NCBI GenBank assembly: GCA_024275415.1
Contig: JAJRZD010000127.1
Location: forward strand, 6,902-38,901
Source of the DNA: an archaeon
GTDB taxonomy: Archaea; Asgardarchaeota; Thorarchaeia; Thorarchaeales; Thorarchaeaceae
DNA: 32,000 bases
Direction: 5' to 3'
Shown here: one piece after another, positions 1 through 8,175 of the stretch
How the letters are laid out: the number at the start of each line of letters is the position of its first letter
Numbering within the stretch: position 1 is the stretch's first letter
The notes under the pieces: generated by a model
What the model was told of the DNA's origin: nothing
Databases searched by the model: none
The model's input: only the letters and a program-made list of their open reading frames with translations
Made by a program: the position numbers and the translations under genes

Positions 1-31
1 CAGTCACTACATTTCATCCTTTCGAATATAT

Positions 32-607
32 TTATCCGTGACTTTCGGTTTCTCCCTCAGAGTCCGATACATCTTGCTCCTCGTCGTCCTTGCAAGCATA
101 TTCTGGGACAACTAAGATAGCGATGAAAATGACCGCCATGACCGCGATTCCCACTTCAGACCTAAGGAATAGGCTGATGTTCCCGACAGCTGGTATCCTA
201 CTAACCATGACGCCAATAATCTCATCATATGTCCTTTCGCCAGGGTCGCGCATCGCGTTGTTATCGCCTTTCGTATAGTAGTAATACTCGCCATCAACAA
301 TCTGTATCTCTACGACCCGATGAACAACCGGGCCTGTATTGTGAAACAAATTGTCTTGAAAGACAATGATATCCATAAGATGTATGTCTTCCGGAGCTCT
401 TGCTTGTAGAATTAGGAGGTCTCCACGGTAAAGGGTGGGTTCCATTGAATCGCTGATGACCACGACCAAAGGACTTGTCGTACCCATTGCGACCATAAAG
501 AGGCCGTATCCTGCAAGGGTTCCGCCTACAACGATCCCAAGGAGGAATGCGGTCTTCGCCCACTCAGAGCGCTCATTCCACTTGAGTTTTTGACGTATCC
601 GCTCCAT
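32..607 (-). CDS. sec11: Signal peptidase I, archaeal/eukaryotic Sec11 type
   Basis: N-terminal TM, catalytic Ser box VVISDSMEPTLYRGDL, His box VVHRVV, TKGDNN..D motif, C-terminal TM. Confidence 0.93.
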   Translation of the reverse strand: MERIRQKLKWNERSEWAKTAFLLGIVVGGTLAGYGLFMVAMGTTSPLVVVISDSMEPTLYRGDLLILQARAPEDIHLMDIIVFQDNLFHNTGPVVHRVVEIQIVDGEYYYYTKGDNNAMRDPGERTYDEIIGVMVSRIPAVGNISLFLRSEVGIAVMAVIFIAILVVPEYACKDDEEQDVSDSEGETESHG

Positions 608-813
608 ATTAGTGCCTCATACTCGAGTGATTTTCTCAGTCTAATAAAACTGACGTTGCGGGCTGAGCGCTTTCGGCAACAGTCGGTCAATCCTGTGCAT
701 TGGTATCAATCGATATGTTTACAATATCAGTTTCGAGTGATTTTGAAGAGGCTATTTCGGTGAGTAGCATATGGACGAAATCTGCTTAAGCAAGTCCACA
801 GTTTGACTGCGGA

Positions 814-1893
814 TTGTGTGGATACCCAAAGTGTTCTAATTTCACAAAGGCGGCTATAGTCGGTCTGGTCGAAATTGATGCTTGTCCTGTCCTAAAACTG
901 TCCTCATTTCAAGAAGTTCGTCAGAAGCTATGCGATCTTGTTTCAAAAAAAGCTGGATTGCGTTTCAAGACAGCAACAGAACTGCCAGAAGGTGGGGTTC
1001 TTCTTACTCGCCCTTGTAAAGACACAGATCAGAAGGTCATGGCCGAGCTGAGGATTCACAATGGTGTGAAACCTGGTGAACGAGTTGTGTTCGGCGTGTT
1101 TGACCCAAGCCTCCTGTGCGACCTTTCGGAATGCTTGAAACAGGAGTTCGAAGCGGTAAAGTGCAGCAAAGATCTAGGGTATGGACGAGCGGATACGGGT
1201 GAGATGAGCATAACCATTCTTCAAGATGGGCGCGTCAATATGAGAAGGGTTGATAACAAGGAACAAGTCCTCAAGGTATTCGCGAAAATAGAACGAGTAA
1301 TTCTAGGTTCGACCATCTGTAATTGCTGCGGCAATGACCTTATCTCAATCGCATCGGGGCTGGTCGAACATAACCATAGACACACCGTACTGGACTGCGG
1401 ATCCATGGCGAAGATTGATTGTGACCTACTCAAGCCAAAGCTCACAAAAAGTCTTGTGAAAGACATCTTTGGTTCTATGGAGCTACTCGATGAACTTGAC
1501 TCTCTCGCAATGGCATTCCTTAACGTGCTTGATAAACCACTTGAAATACACAAACTGATAATACCAGAAGTGTCAAGCGATCTTATGTGCCGTATCGTAT
1601 CGTTGGTTGATGAGAACGGCTCCAATGCCAAGATGGCCTTGCTACTACGGCTTCTGGGATTTGAATGGATACTTCGAAGTACATCGAATGCTATAGAGAA
1701 GGTGCATCAACTCGCCCAAGGACTGCATGGTGAGAAGTTGAAGCAAGTGAATGTACTGTTGGACGCAGTGCGCACTGGAAAATCCTCACAACCTCCGTCT
1801 TTAGATGACGATGTGCTATTCAGAGCATTTGCGTTGTCCAAATGTTTGGTCAGAGGGCTGGACGCAATCACTGATTGGCTATCAGAATCTTAG
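814..1893 (+). CDS. Putative Fe-S cluster-binding protein; 5' end disrupted, probable true start ATG 771
   Basis: In-frame codons upstream of the TTG extend the N-terminus to PQFDCGLCGYPKC...CP (DCGxCGYxxC Fe-S motif); a second CNCCG cluster lies internally; GGTGAG SD precedes ATG 771 in another frame. Confidence 0.65.
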   Translation: MCGYPKCSNFTKAAIVGLVEIDACPVLKLSSFQEVRQKLCDLVSKKAGLRFKTATELPEGGVLLTRPCKDTDQKVMAELRIHNGVKPGERVVFGVFDPSLLCDLSECLKQEFEAVKCSKDLGYGRADTGEMSITILQDGRVNMRRVDNKEQVLKVFAKIERVILGSTICNCCGNDLISIASGLVEHNHRHTVLDCGSMAKIDCDLLKPKLTKSLVKDIFGSMELLDELDSLAMAFLNVLDKPLEIHKLIIPEVSSDLMCRIVSLVDENGSNAKMALLLRLLGFEWILRSTSNAIEKVHQLAQGLHGEKLKQVNVLLDAVRTGKSSQPPSLDDDVLFRAFALSKCLVRGLDAITDWLSES

Positions 1894-2345
1894 TGCCCGT
1901 ACCTTTTGGAAGCATCTCGTATTATCCGTAAAATCCTGTCAGCATCCTCGAGGGCATCCGGTTGCCAGTCCTCCACTTGTTTCACAATATAACCCCCCGC
2001 TTCTCGTGAGAGGAATTCCTTGATCAGCTTGAGTTTCTTGGTTTCTGCAGCAGCGACTCTCATCGCGTCCTTTGTTGTGGGAAAGCCCGATTCTGGGACT
2101 TCAGTTGAACTCATCAAGTACCACTGATCATCACCAATCTTGGCAGCGATTATCTTTGCAGGCATAGTAGTGATGTTCTCTTTGAAGACTATAGTGTCAC
2201 CTATCTCGACGCTCTCAATCACAGCGCAGTGGTTACCCACTAGCGATTCGCAAGATTCGCTAAAATCAAAAAGCACTTTCTCGATGGCTTTCCGTAGAAC
2301 ATCCAATGTTGCATAAACGATGATTCCTTCACTGGTTCCTGGCAT
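1890..2345 (-). CDS. Hypothetical protein, 151 aa
   Basis: Clean ORF with protein-like composition; 4-nt convergent stop overlap with the neighbour; fills an otherwise empty space. Confidence 0.75.
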   Translation of the reverse strand: MPGTSEGIIVYATLDVLRKAIEKVLFDFSESCESLVGNHCAVIESVEIGDTIVFKENITTMPAKIIAAKIGDDQWYLMSSTEVPESGFPTTKDAMRVAAAETKKLKLIKEFLSREAGGYIVKQVEDWQPDALEDADRILRIIRDASKRYGH

Positions 2346-2466
2346 GACGATTCACTACAGGCATCAACATACACCGAATTAACCTTTGCTGTATTCTAAT
2401 CCCAGTGGTGCGCGTTCCTATCAGACCTGATATCTTAAAAGCAGAGGATTCAGCTCGTGTGTCGAA

Positions 2467-3852
2467 GTGGTCTTCTTGAAGATAACTACAGTTCGTTCTG
2501 AAGGTCTAGCGCACCTGTCTTACTTTGTCAGCTCTGATGGAGAAGCTATGGTCATTGATCCACGCCGTGACTGTGATATCTATATCGAACTGGCGACCAT
2601 CGAGTCAGTTGACATCACATATATCCTTGAAACCCACAGGAACGAAGATTACGTCATCGGCTCGCTCGAGTTACAGAACCTAATCCCATCGGTTCGGATT
2701 GGACATAGTGCCGCAACGAACTTCAAATATGGGGACGACCGATTGCAAGACGACGAGACCTTAAGAGTAGGCAAGCTGGTCGTCCGTTCGATCCACACTC
2801 CAGGTCATACTGATGACAGCATGTGCTTTGTTGTTTCGGACTCAGAGGTTGGAAGTGATCCCTTGCTTGTTTTCACGGGGGACACGCTCTTTGTCAATGA
2901 GGTCGGGCGAACCGACCTTGTGGATCCCAAGAAACACTCAGAGATGTCATACAAGCTGTGGCACAGCTTACATGAGAAGGTCTTGCCACTTGGTGATGGA
3001 GTGATAATCTATCCGGGCCATGGTTCGGGGTCGGTATGTGGAGGGGCCATCGGCAGTCGTGAGTTCTCGACAATTGGCTATGAGAAACGAAACAATTACT
3101 GGCTCCGCATGGATGAAGAGTCCTTTGTAGAACACAAGACCCGTCAAGAACTGACACTCTCGTCCTATTTCAAACGATGTGAGAAGCTGAACACGGACGG
3201 GCCTCCATTGATTGCCGACCTCGATCCTTTACAGATGCTTAACACCGAGGCGTTTGCGGAGAGAATCGAGTCAGAAGATTCTGTTGTGATTGATACAAGA
3301 CTTGCCCACAAGTTCGTGAGCGAGCATATCCCTGACTCCATAAGCATGGACATCGATAATATGGGTCTCTATGTGGGATGGGTCTTGTCTCCAGATGATA
3401 GTCATCTTCTTGTTCTAGACTCTCCTATGGATTTGGACGAGGCTGTAGGAATGCTCTATCGTGTCGGGATTGATTGTGTTGTCGGTTATCTTAATGGTGG
3501 CTTTGAGGCATGGAAAAGCACTGGGAAACCTGTCGGATCAGTCCCAGTCTATGATATCCAATCGGTTCAGATAGGTCTCAATGATGGTAGTATCAGGCTT
3601 GTGGATGTCAGGCAACCCCATGAAACAATTGGAGATCGCATTGAGAACTCGACAAACTTGCCGCTGTCAGATATGCTCATGGAAATTGACGACCTCGACC
3701 CAGACCTGCCGATAGCTACAATTTGTCCTGCGGGAGTGCGGAGCACAACTGCTGCAAGCATCCTGCAACGTGAAGGATTTGAACAGGCGGGTATCTCTGA
3801 AATTGGGCTGAAAGAATGGAAGCTGCAAGGGCTTCCCACGAGCAGCAAGTAG
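2467..3852 (+). CDS. MBL-fold hydrolase fused to two rhodanese domains (persulfide dioxygenase-sulfurtransferase-like)
   Basis: ETHRNEDY metal motif variant, HTPGHT, FTGDTLF, YPGHG; two rhodanese repeats (VIDTR, LVDVRQ..E) with active-loop CPAGVRS in the second. Confidence 0.88.
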   Translation: MVFLKITTVRSEGLAHLSYFVSSDGEAMVIDPRRDCDIYIELATIESVDITYILETHRNEDYVIGSLELQNLIPSVRIGHSAATNFKYGDDRLQDDETLRVGKLVVRSIHTPGHTDDSMCFVVSDSEVGSDPLLVFTGDTLFVNEVGRTDLVDPKKHSEMSYKLWHSLHEKVLPLGDGVIIYPGHGSGSVCGGAIGSREFSTIGYEKRNNYWLRMDEESFVEHKTRQELTLSSYFKRCEKLNTDGPPLIADLDPLQMLNTEAFAERIESEDSVVIDTRLAHKFVSEHIPDSISMDIDNMGLYVGWVLSPDDSHLLVLDSPMDLDEAVGMLYRVGIDCVVGYLNGGFEAWKSTGKPVGSVPVYDIQSVQIGLNDGSIRLVDVRQPHETIGDRIENSTNLPLSDMLMEIDDLDPDLPIATICPAGVRSTTAASILQREGFEQAGISEIGLKEWKLQGLPTSSK

Positions 3853-3867
3853 GAAGGTATGTAAGCG

Positions 3868-5454
3868 ATGTATTGGAGAAGGCCTACAGGCCGTTCGGAT
3901 GTGTTGGCTCACAATGCGATGGTCGCCTCATCACAACCCCTTGCGACACAGGCAGGGATTGATACTCTACGTAAAGGTGGAAATGCAATAGACGCGGCCA
4001 TTGCTGTTGCAGCAGTCTTGGATGTCGTCGAGCCCTTCAGCACTGGGTGTGGTGGAGATGCCTTTGTACTGATGCATATACCAGGTCGGAGCAGACCGCT
4101 TGCCTTCAACGGCTCTGGTCGGTCGGGGTCTCTTGCAACATTGGAGGATCTGCTTGCAAAAGGATGGACAGAGATGCCTCTCAGGGGAGGCCCTAGTGTA
4201 AGTGTTCCTGGGGCGATGCATCTGTGGCACACGCTGAGCAAGGAATATGGAAATCTCGAATTCGGGGAGGTGTTGGAACCTGCAATCAACTACGCGAAAG
4301 AGGGATTCCCAGTGTCCCCTGTTATCGCCCAGCAGTGGATATCGGTTGTGTCCGTCCTACGGAATAATGATGCACGCAGAATCTTTACTATAGATGGTCG
4401 GGCACCTGCGATGGGAAGTCGTATGCGGAATGTAGAACTCGCCCAAGTATTCGAGGAAGTAGCATCCGAGGGTGTTGAGATCTTCTACAAAGGCTGGATC
4501 GCTGAAGCGATCGTGGATACGGTGCAAAGGGATAGGGGTTTCCTTACCCTCGACGATCTCGCCTCGCACTCAACAGAGCGGACAGAAGCAATCTCAACGG
4601 GATATCATGGCGTGGATGTGTATGAACACATTCCCAACGGCCAAGGATTCGCTGCACTCATAATGTTGAACATCATGGAGCAGTTCCAAATGTCAGACTA
4701 TGGGCCGCTGTCACCCGAACGCTATCATCTTATGATTGAAGCAAAGAAGATTGCATATGATGACCTCTACCGTCACAATGCAGATCCCTCACACTATGAC
4801 ATACCACTCGAAACCCTTCTCTCCAAGGACTATGCCACCTCAAGATCCGCGTTAATCCAGCACGATTCGGTTCTTGACACTACGAAGTTTGACACATCAT
4901 ATACTTCTGATACTGTGTACCTGTGTACCGCTGATTCGGACGGGATGGCTGTGTCTTTCATCAACAGTCTCTACCGAGGGTTTGGGAGTGGACTGGTCGC
5001 TGAGGGAACAGGCATCAAACTCCAGAACAGGGCGAACCTGTTCTCTCTGAATCCAAAGCATCCAAATTGTTATGCGCCCAAGAAACGCCCGTTTCACACT
5101 ATCATCCCTGGGGCTCTCTATCAGGATGGACAATTCCTTGCGGTCTTTGGTATCATGGTAGGAGCCCATCAAGCCCAAGCACACGCCCAGTTCGTTAGCA
5201 ACATTGTGGATTTCCAGATGGGTCCACAACAGGCACTTGACCATCCACGATTCAACCATGATCAGTTCGCGAATACTGTAAGCATTGAGAACGGTGTGCC
5301 TCCTGATGTACAAGGAATGCTACAACGTCTAGGTCATCGATTGATCCATGAAACAATGTCAGGCTTCGGGGGCGGTCAGTCCATCTTTCATAGGAGCGAT
5401 TATTACATTGCGGGATCAGATTATAGAAAGGATGGACAAGCTTGCGGGTTTTAG
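3868..5454 (+). CDS. ggt: Gamma-glutamyltransferase family protein (Ntn hydrolase)
   Basis: GGNAIDAAIA, EPFSTGCGGDAF, VSVPGA, nucleophile Thr in SDTVYLCTAD, SFINS, KRPFHTIIPG, C-terminal SDYRKDG. Confidence 0.93.
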   Translation: MYWRRPTGRSDVLAHNAMVASSQPLATQAGIDTLRKGGNAIDAAIAVAAVLDVVEPFSTGCGGDAFVLMHIPGRSRPLAFNGSGRSGSLATLEDLLAKGWTEMPLRGGPSVSVPGAMHLWHTLSKEYGNLEFGEVLEPAINYAKEGFPVSPVIAQQWISVVSVLRNNDARRIFTIDGRAPAMGSRMRNVELAQVFEEVASEGVEIFYKGWIAEAIVDTVQRDRGFLTLDDLASHSTERTEAISTGYHGVDVYEHIPNGQGFAALIMLNIMEQFQMSDYGPLSPERYHLMIEAKKIAYDDLYRHNADPSHYDIPLETLLSKDYATSRSALIQHDSVLDTTKFDTSYTSDTVYLCTADSDGMAVSFINSLYRGFGSGLVAEGTGIKLQNRANLFSLNPKHPNCYAPKKRPFHTIIPGALYQDGQFLAVFGIMVGAHQAQAHAQFVSNIVDFQMGPQQALDHPRFNHDQFANTVSIENGVPPDVQGMLQRLGHRLIHETMSGFGGGQSIFHRSDYYIAGSDYRKDGQACGF

Positions 5455-5514
5455 TCACTTTGCATAAACCTAATACACATAAGACTCTTCTGCGAAGCAT
5501 AGCGAGGTATCTGT

Positions 5515-6948
5515 ATGCCAGAGCAGTCTGAAGCTTTCAGGATCGAAAGCGACCTTCTTGGAGAGAGAAAAATCCCAAAGGATGCATATTGGGGAGTCCA
5601 AACGCTGAGGGCCCAGGAGAACTTTGGAGTTTCACTGGTTCGGCTATTCAAGTTCTCAACATTGGTTCAAGCATTGGCCATGGTAAAGAAGGCTTGCACT
5701 CTTGCCAATCGGGATCTAGGACATCTCTCTACAGAATACGCAGATGCGATAATTCAGGCATGTAACGAGGTTATCGAAGGGAAGATGGAGGATCAATTCG
5801 TCGTAGATATGCTTCAAGGTGGTGCAGGCACATCAACCAATATGAATGTGAACGAGGTGCTCGCCTCTAGAGCCAATGAGATTCTCGGGTTTGAAAGGAA
5901 CTCCATGTCCCCAATCTCGGCAAACGACCATGTCAACATGAGCCAGTCCACAAACGATGTCTATCCAACTGCTATAAAGGTCGCCGCTATATTCGGACTG
6001 AGAGACCTCGTAATGAACCTCAAGGTTCTCATTGTAGCCCTTGACGAAAAGGCGGAGCAGTTCAAGGACACGTTGAAGTTAGGACGTACAGAGATGCAGG
6101 ATGCAGTTCCTATAACCCTAGGACAAGAGTTCTCCGCATGGTCTGCTGCATTGAAACGTGACATGGACAGGATTGTGATGGCAATCAAAGTTCTTCGGAC
6201 TCACAATATTGGAGCCACTGCGATTGGGACATCATTGAACGCGGATACCGAATACATCAAACTAGCAGAGGAGTACCTGAAAGAGGTCACGTTCCTCGAT
6301 ATGGTCACTGCCGAAAACTTGGTCGATGAAACACAGAACTCTGACGAGTTTGTCCATGCCTCAAGCCTGCTAAAAGTATTGGCCACGAACTTGGCAAAAA
6401 TCGCAGGAGACCTCATCATCCTTTCATCAGGTCCAATTGGGGGCTTTCACGAAATTATCCTCCCCCCGGTTCAACCAGGGTCATCAATCATGCCAGGGAA
6501 AGTAAACCCCGTCATCCCAGAGATGATCACTCAAGTGGCATATCAGGTCATAGGTCACGACCTGACAATCTCATTGGCCGCTCAGGCAGGACAGCTAGAA
6601 TTAAACGCATTTGAACCAGTCCTGGCCTATAACTTCTTCCAAGCATTGAAGGTGCTGAAGAACTCGATTCCAATCTTTGCTGAGAAATGTATCGTCGGGA
6701 TAAAAGCGAATCCCGTGGGACTTGATATTGTCCATAGAAGTGTTGGACTGGTGACGGCACTGAACCCACTCATAGGCTACAAGGCTTCTACAAGGATTGC
6801 AAAGAAAGCACTGGCGACGGGAAAGACGATAAAGGAGCTGGTTCTTGAAGAAGGCATCCTAGATACTGAAACTCTTGACCAAGTGCTATCCCCTGATAGA
6901 ATGACTCGCGCTGGGAGCGTTGGACACGAGCACAGAAAATCTAAATGA
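5515..6948 (+). CDS. aspA: Aspartate ammonia-lyase (fumarase/aspartase class II)
   Basis: YWGVQTLRA, QGGAGTSTNMN, HVNMSQSTND, GRTEMQDA, GSSIMPGKVNPVIPE, GQLELN. Confidence 0.92.
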   Translation: MPEQSEAFRIESDLLGERKIPKDAYWGVQTLRAQENFGVSLVRLFKFSTLVQALAMVKKACTLANRDLGHLSTEYADAIIQACNEVIEGKMEDQFVVDMLQGGAGTSTNMNVNEVLASRANEILGFERNSMSPISANDHVNMSQSTNDVYPTAIKVAAIFGLRDLVMNLKVLIVALDEKAEQFKDTLKLGRTEMQDAVPITLGQEFSAWSAALKRDMDRIVMAIKVLRTHNIGATAIGTSLNADTEYIKLAEEYLKEVTFLDMVTAENLVDETQNSDEFVHASSLLKVLATNLAKIAGDLIILSSGPIGGFHEIILPPVQPGSSIMPGKVNPVIPEMITQVAYQVIGHDLTISLAAQAGQLELNAFEPVLAYNFFQALKVLKNSIPIFAEKCIVGIKANPVGLDIVHRSVGLVTALNPLIGYKASTRIAKKALATGKTIKELVLEEGILDTETLDQVLSPDRMTRAGSVGHEHRKSK

Positions 6949-7233
6949 CCAAATCTCTCAAAAACTAGTTGGGGTGGGGCACTCCTTTCTGTTTTCAGAC
7001 TTGGTCTGATCCCTCTCAGATGTTGTTCAGAGCGCCCAACTCGTGAACACCATCGGAAACAACCAACAACTTCAGGCGTTCACGAATCATTCATTCACCC
7101 CGTTCTCTCTCTAGTTCTTCCAGTGCTCCTACAATGCCAAAGGTGCATTACACTCTTGTTGTGCATCAGGATACACATTCAAAACTCCTGGTTAGTGCCT
7201 CTCATCAAAACTTATCAAGCATGAATTCGCTCT

Positions 7234-8109
7234 TTGTCTTTGGGTGTTAAAATCATGGGTGATGCAAAGAAACGAGGCGGAAAAACAGTATACAGGATGC
7301 TATCACAGGATCTTTACAGGACAGGTCTGCACGGTGACGAAATTGGTATCCGTCAAGTCGAACAGTGGAGGTCTCGAAGTAGACAGTTCACAAAGGATGC
7401 GGACATTATCGGTAGAATCTCTGAATCACGTATCAAAAGCAAGGACGAGAAACTGCCAGCATTGAAGAAGTCAGGGTTCATCATTCTCAGACAGTCACTG
7501 TGGAAAGATGAAGCAAATGAGATGAACAAGCGATTCGTCATCAAACTGTTCACTGATTCTGGAGGGTGGTTAGCGTCTTTAGAGGAAATGGTTGCTGATT
7601 CCGTCGCGCTAAGTTTTGCTTTGGATGAACCTATCCTTTCTTTTGCAGTTATCACCAAGGAGAACGAGCTTGTGACCTATATTCGTGAAATGTATCGAGG
7701 TGGATTCGCCACTGAAACCTATGGGTTCTTTCTCGTTGGCCCGGACGGCAATTTCGAGGTGTTCAGAATCGAAGGCAAGCGTGGAACAGCAGGCGATGAT
7801 TTCAAGGTGGTTCTCCTTTCGCACAAGACTGAAGTCGCAGAGATTGACAGCAAGTTTGGTGATATAGGTGGCGAGTTTGTCGTGAAAATCAAGGACGATG
7901 TGCTGGCGCGTAATGAATGGTTTTGCCGGATCCTTCAATGCTTCTCTGTCATAATTCGCTACCGGCGAGAGATGAAGGAACGATTGAAGCGAAATATCGA
8001 ACGCTGGGCAAAGACCGGAGAAGGTCCCAGACAACATCGGCATGAGCTCTCCCTGCTGGCAAATCCAAGGAAATTGACCCTAAGCCGAGACGAATTCGAA
8101 CAAGTCTAG
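7234..8109 (+). CDS. Hypothetical protein, possibly LURP-one/tubby-C-like beta-barrel; likely start ATG 7255
   Basis: Long ORF rich in short beta-strand patterns; C-terminal VAEIDSKFGDIGGEFVVKI followed by a hydrophobic helix. Confidence 0.6.
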   Translation: MSLGVKIMGDAKKRGGKTVYRMLSQDLYRTGLHGDEIGIRQVEQWRSRSRQFTKDADIIGRISESRIKSKDEKLPALKKSGFIILRQSLWKDEANEMNKRFVIKLFTDSGGWLASLEEMVADSVALSFALDEPILSFAVITKENELVTYIREMYRGGFATETYGFFLVGPDGNFEVFRIEGKRGTAGDDFKVVLLSHKTEVAEIDSKFGDIGGEFVVKIKDDVLARNEWFCRILQCFSVIIRYRREMKERLKRNIERWAKTGEGPRQHRHELSLLANPRKLTLSRDEFEQV

Positions 8110-8175
8110 TAGTTTTGGTGAATAGATGTACTTACACAAAGGTTTTATCCGTTCGTTTACTAGTGGACAGAAGAG

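Noticed and set aside
2626-2652. ETHRNEDY in place of HxHxDH in the MBL domain
   Set aside because: A recurring variant within MBL-rhodanese fusions, not specific to this locus
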